Assembly (NCBI GenBank): GCA_000320545.1
Contig: ADNK01000546.1
Span: 4,521-68,520 of the forward strand
From: Bigelowiella natans CCMP2755
Taxonomy: Eukaryota > Protista > Cercozoa
Direction of reading: 5' to 3'
DNA: 64,000 nucleotides
Positions 13,463-24,228 of the stretch are shown one piece after another; position 1 is the stretch's first letter, and each line of letters starts with the position of its first letter. The notes under the pieces were generated by a model, which did no database searches, was not told the DNA's origin, and saw nothing but the letters and a program-made list of their open reading frames with translations. The translations under genes and the position numbers were made by a program.

Positions 13463-13955
13463 TTGTACCAGTAGAAAGCTCTGATAGCCCCTTGGTTGCA
13501 TACTTTAGTAGATGCACGCAATGCTGAGTGGAATCCTGATTCATTCACAGCAGTAGCCTGTATTTGAAATTATAGAATTTATTACATTAAACATTTTATG
13601 ACTGCCACACGCAAGCTAACAGACCATGCCTCGAAGATAGTTAGGCATATGTGTGTGGACGTGAAAATGCATGGCTTCACAAACAACAGCACTTTTTCGT
13701 CGCCCAAACACGAATCATCTAGATCTTTGCACCGCTAGACCGGATCAGGTCGCGTAGCTAGACTAGGACACAGCTAGACAGGTGCATCTCTAACTAGATC
13801 TAGCATGACACACGTTCGTCAAAAATGCCTAGCAAGACCAATAATTGCTAGCATGCATCGTACCTAGCACGCTAGCACGCATGACGCATGACTCAAATTG
13901 TTCAATGTAGCAATCGATGCGCACGCTAGGGCCAAATCTAGAAATCTGCTACTCA

Positions 13956-14314
13956 CAGCTCGGTCAAACCTGTGTAACAAATTTTGTGCATGAGCAAGCG
14001 CGAGCTTTTGAAAGCGATTTGAAGCTTCGCAGCGCGCAGATAAGTCTAGCAGCATGCAGTGCGTGAGAAAGTGAGACGTGTTCGCACGCTGCACAGCTGG
14101 GATTTTTCGTGTGCGATGCGTGCAGTTAGCGCTAGAGCGTGTGCGCTGTGCGCTCGCGCTTGTGCTTGCGCATTCCATGATTCAAAACACTGCTTCTCCA
14201 AAAATTGCATTTTGACGCTCGGCCGCAAGCTGCAGATGTGTTCTGCAACATCACATTGCGCACAACTCGCCTTTTGCGCTGCAGCCGCAAGTGTCACCGG
14301 GTTCAACCGAGTTG
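13956..14314. mobile_element. Possible degenerate MITE (~360 bp) with imperfect terminal inverted repeats
   Basis: Left end CAGCTCGGTCAAACCTG versus reverse complement of right end CAACTCGGTTGAACCCG; flanked by CA on the left and TG on the right. Confidence 0.35.
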
Positions 14315-14559
14315 TGCTAGCTAGCTAGGTCATCCAGTGCTGCTAGCTAGCTCCAGAGCTGCGCATGGTAGCCGCTGCCACGATGAACACACACTGGACA
14401 TCTGTCAATGGACACAGGAATGCCACATGCACAACATGCGTGGACAACAGGAACACCACGTGTGCAACAATTGGTGTGCAATGTGCACATGGAATTCCAA
14501 TGAAACAATGCAACAATGAAACAATGATGATGAACTACATTGCATGCATCTGTGATTCC

Positions 14560-14765
14560 ATGAGGATTGAACAATGAACAATGAACAATGATGACGAACT
14601 ACATTTCCAAAATGTTGCAAGACATTTGCAGTGTTCGAAATGCAGTGCCTCGAACTGGCTTCAGTGAGGACTGTGACTAGCAAATCAACTAGCTGGTTTT
14701 TCAAATTGGCATGGTTTAGTCATTGTGTTGCAATGACACTAGCGGCAAAATGCTGACGGCGCAAG
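14560..14765 (+). repeat. Dispersed repeat, copy 1 (homologous to ~28870-29135 in inverted orientation), with GAACAAT heptamer tandem
   Basis: Shared blocks: (gaacaat)n-ga..aactacat, ttccaaa.tgt.gcaagaca.ttgcagtg..cgaaatgcagt, ctcgaactggcttcagtga, caaattggca. Confidence 0.8.
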
Positions 14766-15200
14766 ACCTCCACTCTGAGCAAAAACTTCCTGAAGGCCAT
14801 GTCCACACGACTATCTACGTTTGGATCATCCGAGGGGGCCCCCAGCAAAACTTTGGTTTTGGCAGAGTCCGGAGCAGGATTTCCAGGATGGATTTCCAGG
14901 ATTTCCTCACCTAAATGCGGATGGTCGGAGAATCTATGCAATTAAATTTGGACAGCTTTTAATGCAGCCTTTAACAGCTATGCGATGATGGAACATGCAA
15001 AACCCCAACATGACTTTTTAGTTCAAAAAAATGCAGTGTGTATTACATTTTATGCCGATTATATCATAGGAATATTGTCTATTTAAAAAGTATATGAACA
15101 TCGGACAGAACCTAGGGAAGAAAGAAAGAAAGAAATCGATCGAGAGACCAACAACCCCCAATAGAAAGAAACACAGCCTTTTGATGTGTCCTTGAAAACA

Positions 15201-16265
15201 ATGAGTCGGTTTGAACATGGATACGGAAAGGCTTCTGGGGGAGGGGGAAGAGGAGGAGGAGGAGGAGGAGGAGGAGGTATAGTATCCTACAAGGACAATA
15301 ACATTCGTAACATGGTTGGGATTGAATGCGACGTTCGAGAGCAGGTTTGCTTACAGCGTTCTCAAGGTTTCATTTCTTTAGGAAAGAGGGCCGGAGGCAA
15401 AGGGAAAAAATTCAACAAATATACTACTGGTCTCAAATTTGTGAAAAAGGTAACGATTTCGAGTTCCAATGAGGAGACGGAGGAGTTTATGTTTGTGGCT
15501 TCTGATTCAAATGCTTGCGACAGGTTCCAAAGTTTCTGCAGAAGATGCTTCAGCCTTCGGTAAAAAGAGAGATAAATTTGTGATGGTAAATTAAAATTAT
15601 TATACCTGGCTATAGGCTGAAGAGCAAAGGAAGACCGCGATGAAAGAAGCTATGAAAGCACAGTTCCGTGATCTCCAAGATGACGAAATGCCGGTCAACA
15701 TAGTAACTTGCAGCAAGAAACCAGTGTTTCTAATATTTTTATATGCAGGTGATTACCAACTTAGAAGAATTTGCTCATGCTAGTGAAGAGATCAAAGCTT
15801 TGATAAGGAAGGAGCACATGGGTTATTACTTAAATTGCCACTGCGTCTCATCTTCACTTAGATAGCATGTGTGTAAACTATTAGGAGAGGATACAAGAGG
15901 TGTTAATTTGCGAGCCGTTTCTTCAAGCAAAGGGGACGTCAAATCCAAATCGAAAACTAGGTCCTTCAGATTATTCTGTGGTAACATTCCTCATACTTGC
16001 ATCTGATCAACAATGTTATGACCATAATGAAGTAAACGGGAGGAAGACAAAAAGGCAGACCAATATGAAAAGGAGACAGGAAAACCAGCCTTCCGCAGGA
16101 AGCGGAAGAAGGGGGTAATCAAATTAGCCTGAAATTTGAACTCATACATCTGATTCAAATTTATGATAGGAGGATACCACAGCGACTGGCTCAAAGAAAA
16201 AGAAGAAGAAGAAAAAGAAAGCAAAAGCCAATTCTACCTTACTTTCATTTGATGAACCGGACTGA
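15201..16265 (+). CDS. Hypothetical multi-exon protein (Gly-rich N-terminus, Lys-rich C-terminus ending LLSFDEPD)
   Basis: Chain of GT-AG bounded open exons from MSRFEHGYG to SDWLKEKKKKKKKAKANSTLLSFDEPD*; no recognised domain. Confidence 0.55.
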
Positions 16266-17388
16266 TGGCGTCGTTGTGCGGAATAGTTGTCCAGAATCTT
16301 GTTCGCAAATACACGATTTGTTCGTGTGAAATTCGGAAGAGATTAAATCAATATGTGTCCTTAGTCAGTATGTGCGTTCAAATGTTCAAATTCATATCTT
16401 TTGAGTCAAACGAATGAAAAATTAAACATTCTTGAACTAACAAAGTAAATCAATAATGCTACATAACTAAAAAGTACAGCGCGAGGAAAAAGGCCTAAAC
16501 AACTCTGAGCATCAAATTCTTCGTGCATACACTGCTAGACTGCTCTAGTGCTCTAGTGCTGGCTCTAGAGCTAGCTAGTGCAGACTGCAAACAGCAGATG
16601 TAGTGGAGGCATGCTAGCATGCTAGCATGGCCGATAAGTGATGCAGCTCTAGAGCTACAACACGACGACAACGCTCATTCTAGCATTACTAGATTGTACA
16701 CGCACGCGACAGCACTAGAGCACTGCTAGCTAGCTAGACTGAGCGGCTGCAATTCTGAAATGATAGACATGAAACGCTAGAACGTCTACATCTAGACATG
16801 ATCGTCTCATAGTGAGCGTAGCGTAGCCAGCTAGCCAGCAAAGTAGCCGAGCTAGCGAGATTTACATCTCTAGAGCTAGCTAGCTAGAACGTCCAGATTG
16901 TGGAGGTGCTAGCTTGTAGCTAGCTAGCTAGGCTCTTGTAGGGTTTCAATCTAGCACTAGAGCAATGTACGCACATTTCATGCAAGCTAGCATTCTAGCT
17001 AGATCATGTCACTAATTAGCTAGTTAGGCTAGTAGGTCTAGCTAGCTCTAGAGCTACATGAGCGTCATGCATGAATTCGTATTCCAATGGTGAGCTGGTG
17101 CGTTCATTGTCTAGTTGTGCGCTGTACTAGTATGCGTATACAGTGATCGCAACGAGCATCGCCTACACTCAATAAATTCGTTATTGTTCAGTAGATGTAC
17201 CTATGTAGTCGCTAATTGGCTACATGTATCCTATCTTCATAGCAACAATGAGCTTCGCATTGTCGGGCGTCACCTCATGGACAAGCACCTTACACTTGGA
17301 AAACAACCGTCTACATGGTCATATGTATGTGCCTCGAAACATTTTAACATTTTAACTATAGCATCATTTGCAATGAGTTAAATTCACA

Positions 17389-19421
17389 TTAATTGAAAAT
17401 CGCAAGCGGAGAAGGCATTTTACAAGAGTCAAAAGTGGCTGCACGGCGCTTATTTCCAAAATTGATCGCTTTAAGACGCTTCAAAGCTATCGTTGATAAA
17501 GCTTCAAGCTCTTCAGCTCGAGTTTGGTTTAGTGGTGCAATCTGATAGAATAGAATTTTGATAAAGAAAACTTATTTTCACTCTGTTTTTGTAAGAATGA
17601 GATATATTACCTGAATTTTGGCTTGCTGTTGGTGCTCACGAAGGAGAAAATATAGTTTTGTATACTCAGAAGTGGAAACAACTACATTGAATCTAATCCC
17701 AGCCAAAAATAGTGCTTCCCATTCATTAATTTTTTTCTGATTTATTTGAGGCTTAAAAGTTTTTGCAAAATCACAATTCCACATACTCTCATCGTCCGAT
17801 ACCTATATAAATTTTACTCTCAAGGTACTTCAAGGGGATATTAAAAAAAACATCCTACTTTTGAAGCTAAAAGTAGCGCTGCCAAAGTAATTGGTCTAAC
17901 ATTCAGTCTGGTGAGTGGAAGTCCACAGTCCACAATCCGTCGAATATATATGTATGATGTTATGATACAGTCGACCTGTTTTGTCGCAGAAATCATACAT
18001 TGAAAAACTTGTTCATATAAATACTACCTCAAGTTGACAGTCATAAAATACGATATTGATAAACTCGGAGATACTCCTACAGTAGAACATTGTGTTACAT
18101 GATATGACATAAAAGATGCTCATATGATCTTACTCTTCGGTTGGTTCGTCTTCTTTTTCAACTTGGTTTTTGAAGCTTTTATGATGAAATGATTTTTCAT
18201 CCTCATCAAATTTTGAGACATATTTTGATCCTTTGCTCACCAAAGAGCAAATAAGCAAAGCTATACTGAGGAAACCACAACAATTAATGGAATTGCTTTG
18301 AATTAGTCTACAGAGGTCACAAGGTATCGCGAGTTTAGTTATCGTATGACATCAAACTTCAGAACCTTCGTATCGATGCTTTAATATTAGGCTTTGAGAT
18401 CGTGCTGTCGACTGTCATCATTGTAGTTGTTGAATCATATTTATATACTCTTTTCCCACCCCTGTGGCTGCAATGAAATAGGTTATAATTCTAAGGCTAA
18501 CAATAGCAGAGTCAAAATTCTTTACATCGTTCTCGATTTTGAGTCTTTTTCGCTTGAATTTATTACAAATAAGACCTCGCCATTCGTCCGGCTGCTGTTC
18601 ATATTCATCGTCCTTAGCTATGATTACTATGATTACACTCAACGTAAATATATGGGGCTTACTTTGATTTGCGGCTCTGGACTGGGCCGACAGTGTTAGA
18701 TTGGCATGTTATTTTAATAGGCGCACGTGGAACTGCTTTCATTGTTTGAGACAATTCAGAGCACCCTCTGAAAAAATGAACAGAGCACCAGTATGACAAT
18801 GAAAAAGAAAATTCATTTTCCATTCTTGAGGATTTGAGTTAGATAAATATGATTAATGATTATGGTATTTAGCAGTAGCACTTATCAATAATCTCCTGAT
18901 CTTCTTTCAATTGCACATTGTTCGTAGCATTGAAGGCAATTAAAACTTTTTCGTCGTGTTCGTCAATGCTGGTTTCTTTCCCAGAAGACTTAAGATGATT
19001 AAGAAACTTTATGATGAATCAGCTTTCATTGATTAAAGGTTTATGCTGCGATCTACCGCTTTCAGCTTTCCTTTTGGACTTGAAGCGGAAACTGTGTACG
19101 AGCCTGGAAAATACCTGAATAAGCATTCCACTTATCAACAATTTATTTTCGTCAAAACCCAATAAACAATTACCCGGTCAAACCTACGTTACTTTTTTGA
19201 GTGCAGATTACTTTTCCCTTCCACCACCCTGAATCCTCTTTTGAGATGATCTATCGTGTTACACACTTTTTGTTATCCACTTGGAAAAACATCAAAGATC
19301 GAAGATGATGCTTTGTGTGTATAGCTACCAGGAGGATGTCCCCAACTTCAAGCGGTATCTCAGAACCAGTTTGTGGGACGAACTTGTGCTTCGCCCTCGC
19401 ATAGGCTCGGTCCGACGCCAT
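17389..19421 (-). CDS. Cyclin Y-like protein with N-terminal SH3 domain
   Basis: SH3: ARAKHKFVPQTGSEIPLEVGDILL-IISKEDSGWWKGK..GYFPGSY. Cyclin Y: KYDSTTTMMTVDSTISKPNIKASIRSIAL, DCIITSYIYIRRI, NVRPITLAALLLASKVSDDESMWNCDF, INEWEALFLAGIRFNVVVSTSEYTKLYFLLR. Linking exons are phase-compatible. Confidence 0.8.
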
Positions 19422-19920
19422 GAATTTTGTTTTTTAACGTACGTATTCCTAGCGGACTCCGAGCGTACTCACATTGTGTTGTTGTGTGAGTACGAAACCA
19501 CCTTGAAATGTATGGGGATTTCCTCCTGCGACAACTAAGAAACTAAGAAGCATGTGCTGCACTGTGCACTACATCCAAGTTTGTGACGTCGCCCAGAAGG
19601 GTGAAGAACGATTTTGGAAAGCTGCGGGACGCATTTAACCGAGTAATTTGAATTTCCCCACAAATATGGTATGTCGCAAGATGATAACTAAGGGATTTTT
19701 GTACTCGGATCTTGGAAATCACCAGAGTTTCATGACTTACGGTGCAGGATTTTTGTAAGGAGCAAGCCAGCACCAACCAAGCCTGCATTTATTAGGCATT
19801 CGCATCATCACATACATCCCCCCCCAAAGGAAGGTCTGTAAGCTACAGAGGTGTGGCACTTGCAGCTTGCAACAGGCCTAACCACCTTCTTTTGCGTGAT
19901 TAGAGTAGAATTAAATGATC

Positions 19921-20549
19921 ATGCAAGAATCAAAGGAGGTTAAATCTGAGGTAATTTGAAATTCTCAACTGAGAAAAGAATTTGGAGTGCGAATTCATGA
20001 TGTGCGCTACACACAATAGGTGAAACTTGACGTGGTATCAACACAGGTAAAAATTAACAGGCTTTATTTGCATCGAATAATAATTCATCCTATTTAGCCT
20101 GCGCGAGATAGTGTTGGCGGGAAAGGTGCAGAAGAAAAGGTGGTTGATACATTGAGTTTGAAATTGAGCACAAATAAACATTGCATTTACAACAGGATGT
20201 CGAAGATCCGCTGCAAGTAACTATTGTACTCGTTCTCATTTGCATGATTATAAACCACAATATTTATATTAGGAAGAGCCGTGGTACTGCTATCGTTCAG
20301 AAAGTGGTGTGCTCATGTTCTCTGGGCTTACTTGCGGTGAATGGGGTAACATCTCAAATTCTCTTTTCTTGAGAGGGAGTCATCTTTACACATATTAATA
20401 GGATGGATTACATTGGCTTTTCTAATCGGATACGCACTCTTAACGGCAATATTGGCTGGATTTCTTGCTGCAGAATTCATTCACGGCCTTGCGTATGTTT
20501 TTGCATTCCCACCAACCACGTTATAGTTTGGTGGTATTTGTCGCAAATC

Positions 20550-20590
<41 letters not shown>

Positions 20591-20923
20591 GCGTGTTTGT
20601 TTGGTGCATTTGTGAGTTTGTGATCATGATCAATGACATACGACAATACGACAATCGCTCATCATTATGAATACATACAATGTCTTAATCTAGCACTCTG
20701 TGGGCATTCTTCGGAATTTTTGTGGTTTTCGTCATCATAGTGGCAGGCATCGTCCTACTTGGAGAATGTGAGTGCATAGTCTAAGATTTACTGCGAGTTA
20801 TATGATTGCAATTTACTTTCTCGTTTAACTGTCTTACCGTTAGTTCATCGTTGGCAAGATCGGTCTGCTGAAGTAGAGGAATCAAAAAAGAAAGCAATGG
20901 GAGAAATCATCAAGCATCACTGA
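19921..20923 (+). CDS. Small two-transmembrane-helix protein, many micro-exons
   Basis: Exons MQESKEVKSE, VKLDVVSTQ, EEPWYCYRSESGVLMFSGLTCGEW, GWITLAFLIGYALLTAILAGFLAAEF, TLWAFFGIFVVFVIIVAGIVLLGE, HRWQDRSAEVEESKKKAMGEIIKHH*. Confidence 0.65.
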
Positions 20924-21407
20924 GTTAATTCCAAAAGAATATTATGATATATATTGCACTCGGACCAATAATTTAAAGATGTAGATCACTGCTCGTACAC
21001 ACGTAGCTAGATAGGGACATGTCTACATGTTCTAGTGTTCGCGTGCAGGCTGCGCCGGTACCTGGAAAGAATTCATCACATGTGATTAGCGAATCTAGCA
21101 AACAAGCGTACATTTTATGCATCAGCGCATATTTATATATTTGTCATTCCGATGTGAATGCCGCACACCATGCTAGCATGAAGCCTGGTAGCCTGCTAGA
21201 TAGCTTAGCTAGAGCTAGCCGCAGCTAGGCAGCCTGCGCTGACTGATGTGGCGATGAGAATCACTAGTGTATGCTAGCAAGGCAGGCTATCTAGCTATGC
21301 TAGTGTATTGTGTTGAGCGCATGCTAAGTATTGCGATGTTTAGATCTCTAGATGTAAACATCTAGACATAACTAGATAGCTAGATAGCCAGATTTCTGGA
21401 TATGACA

Positions 21408-24191
21408 TCATTGGCGATAGTTTGAATGGCGCCGTCGCAGTCCATCAAGTTCGCGGGATGCTGGTGACGATGAGCCATGGTGTCCGTCGTCGACATCGTT
21501 AAGAGGCGACGCCATCTTGTTCTTGCTGCCTTCAATCATTGGAGGTAAGCGTTTCAATTCATGCCCAGTGGTGACATCAACCATTGTAGGTGGGGCAAGG
21601 ACTTTCGAATCGTCTCCTATCCTCGGAAGAGATGATGACAATGCTATTGCTGATGCAGATGGTGGCAGAATGAGAGGGCGAACATTTGTCGTATTTGTTC
21701 TTCCATCGAACATGTGTGCATTTTCACGAGCTAATCTCGCCGCTACTACACCGTCCGCTCTTCTAATAAGGGCCATGTTTACCACAATGTGTAGTATTCC
21801 AACGGCAATCAGCCGATACAACGTTCTTGTGGTCTGCTGCCCCTGTTGCTCGTTGCCTGTTAACTGCCAGAAATCAAGAATAATTTTAGGCAGTCGCCTC
21901 TTAAGTAGAGAAAGTAGCGTTGGAGGGGAAGAACGTAGAAGCAGCAAGAAGGCGGTCCAAAGGAGGCAGGCAAATATCGGTAGGTAGACGCGAATGAAAT
22001 ACAGCCACGTGTTCTTGAGCTGGTACTGATGGTCTTTTCTCCCTTGATGATGATGATGATGATGCCCTAGCATTTTGCTACCGTTATGATAGGGCAAGTG
22101 CGAGATCCAGATCAAAACACCACACGTTAGCACCGGGGGGGCAGTCATCACCATGCTTGCTGAGCCGATAAGCGCCACGTGTACGTAAAGCAACAACATC
22201 ACCATGTTGGCAACTAAATGCCAAAGGGGAATCATCATCATTATCATCCCATCTTGCTCTCGTGGTTGAGGAAAGATTGTGATGTTAGAAGAGTATCTTC
22301 GATGATTATCCTCGAGATACTAACAATAGAAGGAGGAAAAGGGGGTGAACGAAAGTTGTGAGCGAGGAGGTGATGCTTGCATTGTGGACTTTTGTTTTGC
22401 GTATTATTTGTGTGCGCGCACGCGCGCGCGTGTGTGTGTATACATAATTGTAATTACCTTCCACAAACGTTGTGTCATCGAAGGTGTACGAGTAAGGCCC
22501 TGGCATATTAGGTTTACCAAATGAATATTTATGTAGATAATATCATAACATGCATGCCCACATAAAAAGCGTACCACCCAATCATTCTTCATGATATTTG
22601 ATTCGTTAAGTGCTTGAGGGCTATGATGTGTTCAGTTTGAGCTTTTGTTCATTTTACTATCTCTCCCCTCACCCATTGCCCATCATACCGTGCGTCGTCG
22701 TTTTCCAACAGCGGTTGCAGCAGAAACATGTCGCATACGTGAGTTTGAAGGGACGAAGGGAGGTGAGTGTGGAGGCGTGACTAACTGTCGTTCTCCTCCC
22801 ATTTTGCTCTCACCATCATTGCCACCTCCAGCATCATCTGGCAGCGGAAAAACTGTTGTTGTTGTTGTTGCTGCTGCTGCGGAAGTAGAAGGATTATGTG
22901 GCGTTGATGATACCGACGATGTCGTGATTGATGCCACAGGCTTCGTTATTGGTGCTGCCCCTCTTCTTTCTCCCGAAACCATTACAGTAGAGGTTCCATC
23001 ACCACCACCACCGTCATGATCATCATCATCTGAAATGATAGCATACTCCACTACTGCTGCATCTAATGTCTCGATGCTATCCTCCCTGTTCAAACCACTG
23101 CCCTTCATGATCGGGGAAGAAGAAGTTGTTGAAGAGGATATGATAGGCGTACTAGACGTAACAACAATTTCCCCTCCTCTGTTACCACGAGGATCACTAT
23201 AACCATGATTATCAACAACATCTTTGCTACTTCCTCCTCCTCCTCGCCCCAGCCCTCCGTTTGCTCTCCTCCTCCTCCTAGATGCCGGCATCTCTGTTTC
23301 CATCCTTGCGACCGACGTCGCTGCCCCAACCTCTCCCTCTTCCTTGGACTTCGCAGCTAAGATTGCAGTTTGGAGTATTTGTAGTACAGCCGACATCTTC
23401 ATTCGGTCCTTTGGATCCACCCTAAATGATTATTTATCACGTAACAATAATATCATATTGCTAAGAAGAGAGGAGGAAACTAGCAACTGGAAAACAAGTA
23501 GTAGTAGTAGTAGTAGGAGGAGGAGGAGGAGGAAGAGGAGGTAGGAGTAGTAAGAGGAGAAGGAGTAGCCTCAGTAATACCTCATTAGGCCTTTGACCAA
23601 CATTTCCAACTCCCTTGGCCTTTTCAGGTCCAGGTTCTCCAACTTAAGTTTCTTCGAGTATATCAACTACGATGATGATGATGGTGGTGGTGGTAGTGGT
23701 GACGATAATAGTAAGAACAGTGATCGTTTGAACGATGACGATATACTCGTTATGCTAGACTGAAAAGATGTGATGAGCTCCGTTTACGACGATTAATGAA
23801 ATGAAGTGACTGTAATATTTTTATAGTTTTGATACTTCTTTCTTTCTATTTCTCTCTTCAACAGTACCTCTTTCATTGCCTCTGCCGTATCAGCTTCATA
23901 GGGTAGATCCGAATACATCATCACGTACAGCATGGCGCCAACGCTCCACATGTCAGATGCTTCCGTGTAAGGCTGCATAACCGTGTTTGGCATTAAAGAT
24001 ATGCTGTCCGTTTCATCATCATCATCATCATCATCATCATTATGACTATCATCACCACAACATAAAATTATGAACAACTAGTTTCAATATACGTTTGGAT
24101 ATTTGATGTCTGGCACCAAGGCCTCAGGAGCCATGTAAGCAACCGTGCTGCATACAAAAATTAGCACATCCTACTCAGAGTGGTGGTGGTT

Positions 24192-24228
<37 letters not shown>

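Noticed and set aside
14500-14600. CRISPR-like array in (GAACAAT)n, also at 29085-29135
   Set aside because: Short tandem heptamers with no spacers and no cas genes; eukaryotic context.
13864-14704. Cys/His-rich ORFs (also 49946-50227, 62361-63069) as metal-binding proteins
   Set aside because: By-product of TpA depletion (fewer stops) and TG/CA enrichment; no conserved spacing.
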